A stretch of 52,403 nt of DNA, from assembly GCA_038841535.1 (NCBI GenBank), contig JAWBTQ010000008.1, positions 1-52,403 of the forward strand, given 5' to 3'. Positions 9,424 through 18,357 of the stretch are shown in pieces. This stretch comes from Sulfolobales archaeon (GTDB lineage Archaea; Thermoproteota; Thermoprotei_A; Sulfolobales; NBVN01). The translations under genes were made by a program, and so were the position numbers. Numbering within the stretch: position 1 is the stretch's first letter; every line of letters begins with the position of its first letter. Under the pieces are notes generated by a model that saw only the letters and a list, made by a program, of their open reading frames with translations, searched no databases and was not told the DNA's origin.

Positions 9424-10578
9424 GTGGTAAGTACAGCTGCTTTTAACTTGTTTAGAGGTCTAGCCACTAGCGGCTTTAACACCTTATTTGCTGCTTACAT
9501 GAGCAGGCTGGGATATTCTTTAGGTGAGATCGGGGCTGTCGCAACTCTCTCAAATGTTCTCGGAGCGCTGATATCTCCACTTGTTGGCTACTTGCTCGAG
9601 GTCTACAGTAGTAGAATGATCACTGCCCTCACGGGCTTCATGATCAGCGCCTCACTAATCCTTACCGCCTTTTCCGAGGACATTATTACACTAGCTCTTA
9701 GCTATGCTCTGTTCCATCTCTCCATGTACTTCGCTCAACCTGCTAGAATGGTGTTCTTGGCCAGAGCAGTGGACAAAAAGAAGTTGGGGACGATTGTTGG
9801 TTTAACGAGCTCTACTTTTACTGCGTCTAGGGCTATTGGTCCAGTTGTAAGCGGGTTTCTAGTAGTGAGCTCCGGGTATATGAACGCATTTTTAGCTCTC
9901 GCTGGTATTGCGGCTGCCGGTTCAATGTTGTTCCTAATATACTCATACGAGCCTGAGCCTAAGGAAGTCGGGATAACGGGTAGATCTGGTTTAACCGAGG
10001 CCTATAAGAGGGCTATCGCACCAGATAGGAAGCTACTCTTGCTATATATTTTCGCATCACTCGATCGTGCCGCGTGGAACCTCTGGCACCCAATGCTGAG
10101 TGCGTACTTGCTACGTCAAGGATATAGTGAGATTACTGTAGGTGCTTTGATCTCTGCCTCAAATATTGCTGAAACCGTAGGAACACCACTAGCCGGAAAG
10201 CTCGTAGATAAACTAGGGGGCGCTACTATCCTAGCCCTCTCTGAGGTAACAGCTGCCTTAGCCGCACTAACACTCATGTTTCCAGCCACGATATACCTCT
10301 CCACGACATCAATGCTGTTTATAGGGATAAGCATAAGCTTTTGGGTACCCAGCTACAACGTCTACGTTGCCAAAGCGTTTAAGAACGTTGGTGAGGCATT
10401 TGCCTCCATAAACGCCATCAGAAGTATCGTTAGCATACCATCACCCTACTTGGGAGGATTTCTCTATGAATCCGTATCTTCTATAGCTCCATTCTCTCTC
10501 TCCACGCTAATGCTTGCCGCAGCCACGGTTATTGCTTCAAAGAGTCTTAAGAGGGTCGAACTTCTCGAGGAAAGCTGA
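9424..10578 (+). CDS. MFS transporter
   Basis: About 12 hydrophobic segments; motif-A-like GKLVDKLGG; the start position is uncertain. Confidence 0.88.
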   Translation: MVSTAAFNLFRGLATSGFNTLFAAYMSRLGYSLGEIGAVATLSNVLGALISPLVGYLLEVYSSRMITALTGFMISASLILTAFSEDIITLALSYALFHLSMYFAQPARMVFLARAVDKKKLGTIVGLTSSTFTASRAIGPVVSGFLVVSSGYMNAFLALAGIAAAGSMLFLIYSYEPEPKEVGITGRSGLTEAYKRAIAPDRKLLLLYIFASLDRAAWNLWHPMLSAYLLRQGYSEITVGALISASNIAETVGTPLAGKLVDKLGGATILALSEVTAALAALTLMFPATIYLSTTSMLFIGISISFWVPSYNVYVAKAFKNVGEAFASINAIRSIVSIPSPYLGGFLYESVSSIAPFSLSTLMLAAATVIASKSLKRVELLEES

Positions 10579-10672
10579 ACTCCTCCAACATGCTTTACGG
10601 CGAGTTGGCGCACGGCAGCTGGTTTCTATATAATTTTACGGAGTCTATCAGTAAGTTGGGCGCGCGTACTCG

Positions 10673-11263
10673 ATGTCAGAGCACAGAACCGTACCTGGAG
10701 TTACGAGGGTGTACTTAAGGGTTCACGAAGATAGATTAGGAGCTCTCGTCGGAGAAGAAGGTAGAGTACTTAAGGAGTTGGAGGCACGCTTAGGTGTTAA
10801 GGTCTTTATTAACTCCGTAGACAGCTCTGTGTTGATAGAGCCAGCTAGCTCTTACACGCCAGCTACTAATGTTATAAAGTGCCAAGAGATAGTTAAAGCT
10901 ATAGACTACTGTTTCTCGTATGAGAGAGCATCGAGACTGTACGACGATGAAGCTATGCTGGTAGTAGTAGATCTAAAGGATTATGCTGGTTCTAGTGAAA
11001 ACCATCTTCAGAGAATTAAGGGACGAATCATAGGGGAAGAAGGTAGGGCTAGGAGAACGCTGGAAGAAATGACCGGCACTTACATCAGTGTCTGCCGAGA
11101 GTATGTAGCTATCATAGGCGACTACAGTAGGACGGAGCTGGCAAGGCAGGCTATCGAGATGTTAGCGCAAGGACGCCAGCATTCTACCGTGTATAAGTTT
11201 CTTGATAGAACTATTAGGGAATTAAAAAGAAGAGAAGCTACAGACCTATGGAGAAAAATGTGA
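10673..11263 (+). CDS. KH-domain rRNA processing protein (Dim2/Pno1-like)
   Basis: RLGALVGEEG and RIKGRIIGEEGRARRTLEE.T, G.QHSTVY.FL. Confidence 0.92.
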   Translation: MSEHRTVPGVTRVYLRVHEDRLGALVGEEGRVLKELEARLGVKVFINSVDSSVLIEPASSYTPATNVIKCQEIVKAIDYCFSYERASRLYDDEAMLVVVDLKDYAGSSENHLQRIKGRIIGEEGRARRTLEEMTGTYISVCREYVAIIGDYSRTELARQAIEMLAQGRQHSTVYKFLDRTIRELKRREATDLWRKM

Positions 11264-11311
11264 TGATTAAAGTGAGCCTGACTCCGTGATGTGGGGCCAA
11301 AGCTCTGATCA
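11257..11311 (+). ncRNA. Box C/D methylation-guide sRNA overlapping the Dim2 stop codon
   Basis: C GTGATGA 11260-11266, 11-nt guide, D' CTGA 11278-11281, C' GTGATGT 11286-11292, 12-nt guide, D CTGA 11305-11308. Confidence 0.82.
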
Positions 11312-11604
11312 ATCCCACAATACACACGTCTCAACTTATGGGGCAGTTCCGTGTTCGCATTAAAACGCTGTTAACTCAAAGCATTCGCACCCAACTACCT
11401 TCAGCGTCTACCTGGTTCTTCTGCCATTTGTCGGAGTGCTTGAGAACTATGGAACTAGTAAGTTTTAAACGACTACCTCCTAAAGTAGCTGTTTTCTAAA
11501 TAGCGATTGAGCTCATAGTCCCGCTTATAACCATGAACCTGCAGTAGCGCAACTATGCTAAAGCTGGGGTTTTTCTCTTTTAATAAATGAAGGACCCGTA
11601 CTAA

Positions 11605-11784
11605 CTACCCTGGTGTAGACAACAGTATAACGATGTAGTCCTGTATTTCGTTTATTCTCTTTGTGCAACTATATTCGCCGGAATTTATTTCCATACACCT
11701 AAATCCTTTTTGCGTCATGTCAGTTATATATGAAAGCATGTTCTCCCTACTCACTTTAACTATCTTGACTGGCACTTTCAACAC
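11605..11784 (-). CDS. Small hypothetical protein (59 aa or fewer), below the ORF-track cutoff
   Basis: MLKVPVKIVKVSRENMLSYITDMTQKGFRCMEINSGEYSCTKRINEIQDYIVILLSTPG; AGGTG SD-like site upstream of the alternative starts TTG 11781 and GTG 11775. Confidence 0.55.
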   Translation of the reverse strand: MLKVPVKIVKVSRENMLSYITDMTQKGFRCMEINSGEYSCTKRINEIQDYIVILLSTPG

Positions 11785-12279
11785 CTACTTTATGTGCATT
11801 ATCGACACTTAACTTAGTGAAACCACGTTAATCATTGCGGCGCTTTAAAAAACTGGTAATACCGCAAGTTCTGCGTTCCCCTACATGGAATCTGGGCTTC
11901 CTCAGCATTTGACTCTGCTGCGTGTCAGCGGTCGAGTTCCCTCACGGAAACCGCATTACTATGTTTACACGTTTAAGACATTCTCTAACGACGAGCTTTC
12001 TTCTTGCTCTAAAGTGATGATGCTTACCTAGACCGAGAAGTTTGGGTCGCACTCACTCTCTTAAGGAGTCTAGACCGTATTAAGCTACTGGTGTGTTGCT
12101 ATGCTTCACGTAGAGTGGTACTCGAAGACACGCATGAGTTCTGAGCTAGGTTCTAGACGTAATCACCCTCCCTGGATTACCACATATGTTTAGGTAATTA
12201 CTTGCTCTCCAAAGCTTAAAGACCAGTTAGAGTGGAACCACTTATTAGGATTCTTTCGTAAACGTAGGTGGAGGTTTAA

Positions 12280-12678
12280 GTGCGTGATAACATACTAGAT
12301 AAGAGGTTTGAAGGAAAAGCTGTGAGAATTTACCTCATTGGTGCTAAAGAGCCTTTAGAGGGTGTAGTAGATGAAGTGTCTAGGTACGAGATAGGGGTTA
12401 GAACCCCGAGCGGGCCTGCTGTGGTTTTTAGACACTCAGTAGCTTACATCGAGGTATCCCAGGTAGACATCCACGGTTTTTCAAGTGAAGAACTAGAAGA
12501 CGTCATCATAACTCCCGAGATGACCGGTTCGGAGGTGACAGTAGTCCTTCAGGATAGTACAAAGATCGTCGGGAAGTTATCGAAGGTGTCTAAGTATGAG
12601 ATAGGGGTTAGAACTGGTGATAGAGCCCTCGTAATTCCTAAATCCAGCATTTCCCATATACTCTTTCAGGAGTTCTAA
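12280..12678 (+). CDS. Tandem two-domain Hfq/Sm-like protein
   Basis: Two ~60-aa repeats with Sm1-like V.IYL....LEG.V.EVSRYEI and Sm2-like VVFRHSVAYI / LVIPKSSISHI (cf. Hfq YKHAI); strong SD GGAGGT upstream. Confidence 0.7.
   Translation: MRDNILDKRFEGKAVRIYLIGAKEPLEGVVDEVSRYEIGVRTPSGPAVVFRHSVAYIEVSQVDIHGFSSEELEDVIITPEMTGSEVTVVLQDSTKIVGKLSKVSKYEIGVRTGDRALVIPKSSISHILFQEF
12376..12614 (+). repeat. Internal 29-bp direct repeat (2 mismatches, 210-bp spacing) marking the domain duplication
   Basis: gtgtctaggtacgagataggggttagaac (12376-12404) vs gtgtctaagtatgagataggggttagaac (12586-12614). Confidence 0.9.
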
Positions 12679-12812
12679 GTGTAACCCCACGGTAGTAGCG
12701 TTCAGCAACTTGCTAGTGCTTGCTAACTCTATTACGCAACTAGTGCGTGTAGAGCATTGCCTAACAGCACGATACACGAAGAAAGAAGATGAAGATTCCG
12801 CGTGGGGTGATT

Positions 12813-13502
12813 CTATAGGAGCTCGGCGTTCTCGATGATGAAGTAACCAGCATGGAAGTTTGGGTGTAGAATCATTGTAGCTTTGCTTATTGCTATTCCC
12901 CTTCCTTTGAACAGCGGGGATCCGATTACATATGTTTCAAATTCTCCTCCTTCACCTACAAGACTCACACCGCAATCTTTGTGAGCAGTAACTAAGTAGC
13001 GCAGTATCTCCGACCCTGATGGATTTCCTAATACGCGCAGGCTTAAGCAGTAGGCTTGAACAGCAGTTACAATAAAGCTAAGATCCCTCACTTCTCTGTT
13101 TAGAAGCTCGACTTCGTTTTGATTCCATAAGGGTGCGTGGAGCTTCAGCCCTAGATCTTCTGACAAAGCTCTAAACCTCTCTAACTGGTACTTAGACTTA
13201 ACAGCTCCCGTAACTAGATAGTCCACGTACGGATATTCCCTCAGTATCCTACTTAGTCCATCCCTCAATTCAGATAACTCTACATCCCTAACACCACTCA
13301 CAGGCACTATGTAGACAGGAACTCCCATAGCTTCTCCATGGAGTTTACTCCACAAAGCGTTTACAGCGTGAAACAACCACGAGTCATCGCGACGTGGGAG
13401 TGCTACCACTAGAGCATCCGTGATAATGCCCTGGTAATAGGATGAGAGAACTGAGTAATGAGAGTCCTTACCACCGCTATAGAGAGCTATAGCCTTCCTC
13501 AC
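12813..13502 (-). CDS. Diphthine-ammonia ligase-like PP-loop ATPase (Dph6 family)
   Basis: ALYSGGKDS, GAVKSKYQ, PLW and GEGGEFETYV; start set at GTG 13502 rather than 13553. Confidence 0.88.
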   Translation of the reverse strand: MRKAIALYSGGKDSHYSVLSSYYQGIITDALVVALPRRDDSWLFHAVNALWSKLHGEAMGVPVYIVPVSGVRDVELSELRDGLSRILREYPYVDYLVTGAVKSKYQLERFRALSEDLGLKLHAPLWNQNEVELLNREVRDLSFIVTAVQAYCLSLRVLGNPSGSEILRYLVTAHKDCGVSLVGEGGEFETYVIGSPLFKGRGIAISKATMILHPNFHAGYFIIENAELL

Positions 13503-13859
13503 GCTCTGTACTCCGAGAAGACCATAGTTTTTTCTAGACTTATATTCTTCCAAAGCTTTGGGGACCGCAATTTTAGTTGAAGCGCGAAGTCATTGTTCCC
13601 TAAAAACCTCAACCATATCGAGCTTTTTAACCCAGACCGTGCTAGAGCACCAACTCAGTACTCGAAGCAAAGCACATTCACATGCACCTGAGCCTTGCGC
13701 GTTGCGGAATGAAGGTAGCGTGCCCTTAGCTGGTACGTAGCTAAACCCCGTGAAGCCAGGAGATTCAACCCCAAAACTAAAACCCCAGTGTATGCCCTCG
13801 CTCTCTGTATTATGGAGTCAGTATATTTTAATAGCTGGTTAGTTTGAGTGGGGATATAG

Positions 13860-14159
13860 GTGAAGTGTCCTAGGTGTGGTTACGATACTCAACCTCTGAA
13901 AACTTGGCACTTGACATCTCCGCTTCCCGACGCAGATGGCAGAATCTCTATAACAATAATGGGGTCCTTCAAGTGTCCCAACTGCGGGCATAGCTGGAGA
14001 GGTAGGGTTAGTGTTTTAAAAGTTGGGGGGGAGCACGACGTAGAAGTTGGGGGAGATGAGAGAAAGCCTAGGAGAAGACGCGGAGGAGAGGGTGCTCGCG
14101 AAGGTGGAAAAGTGATAGAAATAGACGTAAGCGACGTCCTATCTGAAGAGGGCGAGTAG
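13860..14159 (+). CDS. Cren7-like zinc-ribbon chromatin protein with charged C-terminal tail
   Basis: CPRC...PLKTW.L.SP...G.I.I..G.FKCPNCG resembles the Cren7 P.K.W.LAP.G..GV.IGLFKDP..G pattern. Confidence 0.65.
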   Translation: MKCPRCGYDTQPLKTWHLTSPLPDADGRISITIMGSFKCPNCGHSWRGRVSVLKVGGEHDVEVGGDERKPRRRRGGEGAREGGKVIEIDVSDVLSEEGE

Positions 14160-14630
14160 GTGGTAGTAATACAAATGCGTATTAAAGTCGCCATGGCATT
14201 AGAAATAATAGTGGGAGTAGTGCTACTCACATTAATAGCTCTGACGTTACTAGACTACATAACTCTTGCTGTCGTTGAGGGAACCTCTATGGAGCCGACG
14301 CTGCAGTCAGGAGACCTCGTTATAGTCATTAAGAGGGTCTCCACAAAGGACATTAGTGTCGGTGACGTGATCGTGTATCGTCGCAGTGGAACTTTAATAA
14401 TCCACCGAGTGCTTAGAGTAGAGGATGACACCCTCATTACTAAGGGAGACAACAACTGGCTACCAGATCCTCCGATAAGGTTTCAAGCAGTTATCGGAAA
14501 AGTTCTAGAGCTAGGAGGTAACGTAGTCAAAGTTCCACTAGTTGGCTACTTAACTCTCTTTGCTAGGTATTCTATGACCTCTTTTATGAACCTCCCGGCA
14601 CTCGTCAGCTTACTCACAGTTTTAATGTAG
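14160..14630 (+). CDS. Signal peptidase I (Sec11 type)
   Basis: N-terminal TM helix; GTSMEPT (Ser), IIHRV (His), TKGDNN..PD. Confidence 0.92.
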   Translation: MVVIQMRIKVAMALEIIVGVVLLTLIALTLLDYITLAVVEGTSMEPTLQSGDLVIVIKRVSTKDISVGDVIVYRRSGTLIIHRVLRVEDDTLITKGDNNWLPDPPIRFQAVIGKVLELGGNVVKVPLVGYLTLFARYSMTSFMNLPALVSLLTVLM

Positions 14631-16576
14631 TCTTCGAAGTTCACGTTAGCACTGCTTCTCCACGCGTCATAGGTTTTCTTTAGATTTTGGTAGGCCCTAA
14701 GGTGGAGAGGGCAGAGAGCCATGCCATCCTCTTCTCCGGTAGAGTCACTTCCACATATTGAGCATCGGTAGCCCGTTGTGAGACCCAGTTTCTTCTTTAG
14801 TTCCGTTTCTTCGTGGTTTCTTATTATTCTCTTTACTTCCTCGAGTTTATAGCTTAACTTCGCAATTGCCTCGTCAATGACCTCCTTCTTACTTATTCTA
14901 CCTAGCATTATTCCCTGTAGCTTTCTTTCGAACTCTCTCGTTAGCTCAACCTCTGTAATCTCCCTAAACAGAGCTGTCAATATATGTGCCACTCTTAGAC
15001 CGAGATCAGTGACCTCTATACTCCGTCCCTGGACATATCCTCTCCTAAACAGAGTCTCTATTATTTCGGCTCTAGTTGCCTCTGTTCCAATTCCAGCAGA
15101 CTCCATCCATTTGAGGATGGAGGCTTTCGTATAAGGTGGGGGAGGTCTAGTGTATAACTTAAGTAGTTTAACAGACGATATAGATACTTCATCGCCGGGT
15201 CGGAGTACTGGTACTTCTACTAGACTGATTTTCCTATAATAGTAAACTTTCAGCCACTCTCGAGATATCATTCTCCTACCTACCAGCTTAAACGTTACAC
15301 CCGACTTAGGTTCTACAATAATGTTGACTACTTCTTCGACTTTAGCACTCGGGTAAAAAGACGCTAGGTATCTTCTAACTACTAGCTCGTATAAGTTTGA
15401 TTCCTCCTTGCTGAGCCCCCTCTTAGGTAAGTAGCCTGTGGGATGTATAGCAGGGTGTGCCGGGTCCTCACCGAGACCCTCTTTGGGAACTAAGAGCTTC
15501 CGCTGTAGGAGCTCTGAAGCAAAACTGCCAAGTTCTGGTAGTGCTGATAGTTTTCTCAGTATTTGAGCGTTGTCTATAGTCGGGGGGATCTTCTCTGAGT
15601 TAGTCCTTGGGTAGCTAATGAGAGATTCAAGATACAGGTTTTCTGCTATCCCGAGTGTCTTAGCTGGAGAGTATCCGTAGAGCTTAGCAGCTTCAAGCTG
15701 GAGCTCCGTAAGGTTAAAAGGAGGAGGCGGCTCTAGGCTGACTACGCCCCTCTCCACCCTCCCTACGACTAGACACTTTCTCTCCCTTAATGTCTTTGCT
15801 AGATGTTCGGCATCCTCTAATCTCCTAAAAGCGTCAAAGCTGTTACTTAGAGAGTACTCCTCGCCATTAAACTCTATTTTCACTGAGACCGTAAATAGAG
15901 GCTCTGGAACGAAGGTTTCTCGATCTAAGTATCTCTTCACTAGCTCGATTAGCGTAGGTGACTGAACTCTCCCGGCGCTAAGGACGGTGCTATTACCAGA
16001 GAGCTTGCCGTAGACGCTCATTAAGGCTCTACTAACGTTAATACCCCATATCCAGTCTAGGGTATGTCTAGCTAAACCTGACTCGATGTTATCCCAATCA
16101 AGGGGTTGTAGGTCGTTAAACGCCTTAGTTATTTCTTCTTTCGTTAGCGTCGAGAACTTTGCTCTGTAGGCTCTGTTTACGTCTCCAAAGTGCTTAATAA
16201 TGTTATAACCTATGACGGAACCTTCAATATCGTAATCACACGCGTTTACGTAATATTCAGCGCTAAGAGAGAGTTTTTTAAGTACTTCGTAAAACCTTTT
16301 CAAGTGCTTCGAGCGGGACTCGTAAACCCACCTAGGGCCCCAAGAGCAGTTGAACGTTGGAAAACCCTTCTCGCTAGTGTATAGCGTGAAAAGATGGCCA
16401 GCTGTAGGAGCGATAACGACATCCTTGTTGCGGAGCTTACCTACCCATATAGGTATTTTATCTACACTTAACCTAGATTTAGCTCCTAATGCTTCAGCTA
16501 TCTTAGCTGCTGCTCTCGGCTTTTCCGCTATTACTAGAATATAGCTTCTCGGGAGAGGCAGGTTCCCAGGCCTCAG
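14546..16576 (-). CDS. topA: Type IA DNA topoisomerase (TopA/TopIII)
   Basis: IAEKP, DYDIEG, SAGRVQSP, ISYPRT (catalytic Tyr), HPAIHPT and GIGTEATR; start proposed at CTG 16576, the ORF-track alternative is GTG 16732. Confidence 0.95.
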   Translation of the reverse strand: MRPGNLPLPRSYILVIAEKPRAAAKIAEALGAKSRLSVDKIPIWVGKLRNKDVVIAPTAGHLFTLYTSEKGFPTFNCSWGPRWVYESRSKHLKRFYEVLKKLSLSAEYYVNACDYDIEGSVIGYNIIKHFGDVNRAYRAKFSTLTKEEITKAFNDLQPLDWDNIESGLARHTLDWIWGINVSRALMSVYGKLSGNSTVLSAGRVQSPTLIELVKRYLDRETFVPEPLFTVSVKIEFNGEEYSLSNSFDAFRRLEDAEHLAKTLRERKCLVVGRVERGVVSLEPPPPFNLTELQLEAAKLYGYSPAKTLGIAENLYLESLISYPRTNSEKIPPTIDNAQILRKLSALPELGSFASELLQRKLLVPKEGLGEDPAHPAIHPTGYLPKRGLSKEESNLYELVVRRYLASFYPSAKVEEVVNIIVEPKSGVTFKLVGRRMISREWLKVYYYRKISLVEVPVLRPGDEVSISSVKLLKLYTRPPPPYTKASILKWMESAGIGTEATRAEIIETLFRRGYVQGRSIEVTDLGLRVAHILTALFREITEVELTREFERKLQGIMLGRISKKEVIDEAIAKLSYKLEEVKRIIRNHEETELKKKLGLTTGYRCSICGSDSTGEEDGMALCPLHLRAYQNLKKTYDAWRSSANVNFEDYIKTVSKLTSAGRFIKEVIEYLAKRVK

Positions 16577-17649
16577 AGAGGTACTGGAAGAGTAACGAGT
16601 AAGAGTAGTAGGTACACGACCAGTAGTAGAACCCTGTCTTTTGTAGGCAACTTTGAGGCCTGATTGGAGTACCCTATGTGGGGTCTGAAGCCGCTGATGA
16701 ATATCGCGAGAATGGAGAAGAAGCCTAGCCACCTATATGCTGGTACGAACAGAGAAAGCACCACAAGAAACGCTGGAATTACCATACTTATTACTCTGTG
16801 TAGCTCCATGCTAGTTAATGACCTAATAACGTGCCCCCCGTCTAACTGACCTATAGGTAGTAAGTTAGCAAAGTGAATTAAGAGTAAAAGCATTGAAGCT
16901 AGTGCGGCTGGGTGAAGGAGAATCACAGTGCCCTCTACTTGAGGTATAAATCCCGATATTAACATTACGTACATGGACAACGGGGCGAAGCCTATCGGTG
17001 AGACGTCGGCGCACGCTAGCTCCTCCAACTTTACAACTGGAGAGATCCTTAGAGTAATAACTAGAGCTAGTAGAGACATAACTACACCCACTAAAGGTCC
17101 CGAAATACCTAAGAAAGCTAGAGACTTTCTGTCTTGAGGCAGGAACCTAGTGGTAATTACAGCTCCAAAAGTTCCTAGCGGAGATACTATTGGGGCCGGA
17201 ATGAACAGAGGTAATGGGGTTGGAACACCAGTCACTTTGGACGTTACGAAGTGGCCCATCTCGTGCAGAGCTAGTGGGATGAGTATAGATAGAGTAAAAG
17301 CTAGAATCGATAAAAGAATTCCACCAGTATTAACTCCTAAACACTCGTAGAAGGAGAGGGTATTGAAATATCCTGTTGCGACTACTGCTGCTACTGTAGC
17401 TAGTGCTAAAGCGTAATAAACAGTTCTCCTAATTTCTCCCACACCTACTCTAAACACTCGCAGAACTTCGTGACCAGATTGCACAGCTAGTAGTGGTTGA
17501 TAACCTAATTTAACTAGCTCTCTGAAGACCTCATTAAAGTACCTTTCTACGCTACCACTAGTAACAATGTACTCTAGAAACGATGGTGCCTCATACGTTA
17601 GTTCTATACTAGCATACTTCGTAAGAATGCTCTCGACTTCCTCTCTCAA
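16573..17649 (-). CDS. Site-2 protease (M50 family) membrane metalloprotease
   Basis: HEMGH zinc motif, GTFGAVI and [12 protein letters not shown]. Confidence 0.93.
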   Translation of the reverse strand: MREEVESILTKYASIELTYEAPSFLEYIVTSGSVERYFNEVFRELVKLGYQPLLAVQSGHEVLRVFRVGVGEIRRTVYYALALATVAAVVATGYFNTLSFYECLGVNTGGILLSILAFTLSILIPLALHEMGHFVTSKVTGVPTPLPLFIPAPIVSPLGTFGAVITTRFLPQDRKSLAFLGISGPLVGVVMSLLALVITLRISPVVKLEELACADVSPIGFAPLSMYVMLISGFIPQVEGTVILLHPAALASMLLLLIHFANLLPIGQLDGGHVIRSLTSMELHRVISMVIPAFLVVLSLFVPAYRWLGFFSILAIFISGFRPHIGYSNQASKLPTKDRVLLLVVYLLLLLVTLPVPL

Positions 17650-17957
17650 AGCTCTACTTCACCAAAAATCTTTTTCTCAGACTCTATTAGGAGGGGGACA
17701 GGTATAAGTTCCCGAGTACCGTTCGGAAGCCTACGAACTATGGTGAAGGGAAGAACCCCCCTAATGAGCTCCTCTCTAGCTATATAAACAAAGTCCTTAG
17801 TGGATAATTTACTGACATCTATTAAGGGCCTTGCTCCCATAGCCAACTGCAGGGCCCTAGCACCTATGATCCTAGCTTTCTCGAATTTCGTCAACTTAGG
17901 TAGCCAAATGTTTACGCTAGTGTTAGGAGGTCTCTCTCCGAACAGCTCCAACTCCAC
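17646..17957 (-). CDS. rpoK: DNA-directed RNA polymerase subunit K (Rpo6)
   Basis: [21 protein letters not shown] and [10 protein letters not shown]. Confidence 0.96.
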   Translation of the reverse strand: MELELFGERPPNTSVNIWLPKLTKFEKARIIGARALQLAMGARPLIDVSKLSTKDFVYIAREELIRGVLPFTIVRRLPNGTRELIPVPLLIESEKKIFGEVEL

Positions 17958-18048
17958 TCCCAGACTCTCTATTATAGTGATACTAGCTTATAACTACAAC
18001 ACATGTGGCAACACGCTTTAAAACCTAAACCTGGAGCTTTACTTTAAT

Positions 18049-18102
18049 TAGTCAGAATCCCAGCTTAAATCACTACTCATCGCTTTTAACCCTCATCATC
18101 AA
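18049..18102 (-). ncRNA. Box C/D methylation-guide sRNA
   Basis: Minus strand: C ATGATGA (18099-18093), guide GGGTTAAAAGCG, D' ATGA, C' GTGATTT, guide AAGCTGGGATT, D CTGA (18055-18052). Confidence 0.85.
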
Positions 18103-18357
18103 TATGAAGCTACATATGGACAGGTTTAGAGGGCGTGGCCTTTTGTTCCCAAACTAACTCTTCCTCGAATTAAATACCTTATTTAATTAAACCCCGCACG
18201 CTACTTCCTGCGTCACATAGCACTTCACAAAATAGCTCGAAACTTGCGTACTCCAACCTAATACGTGAACATGCTTTACTACTGACATAGCACCGTAAAA
18301 CTAGTTAGCTACCTAAGCACCTAAAACGATATAGAGTGAGAGTGGGAAGTAGTAGGT

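Noticed and set aside
12789-12845. ATGAAGA...GTGA half C/D-like motif near the Dph6-like stop codon
   Set aside because: No convincing C' or D box at the proper spacing
13558-13800. 60-aa ORF and a short GC-rich stretch (CCCCGTGAAGCCAGGAG) resembling an IS end
   Set aside because: The hairpin is too imperfect and there is no supporting transposase remnant or second copy in the window
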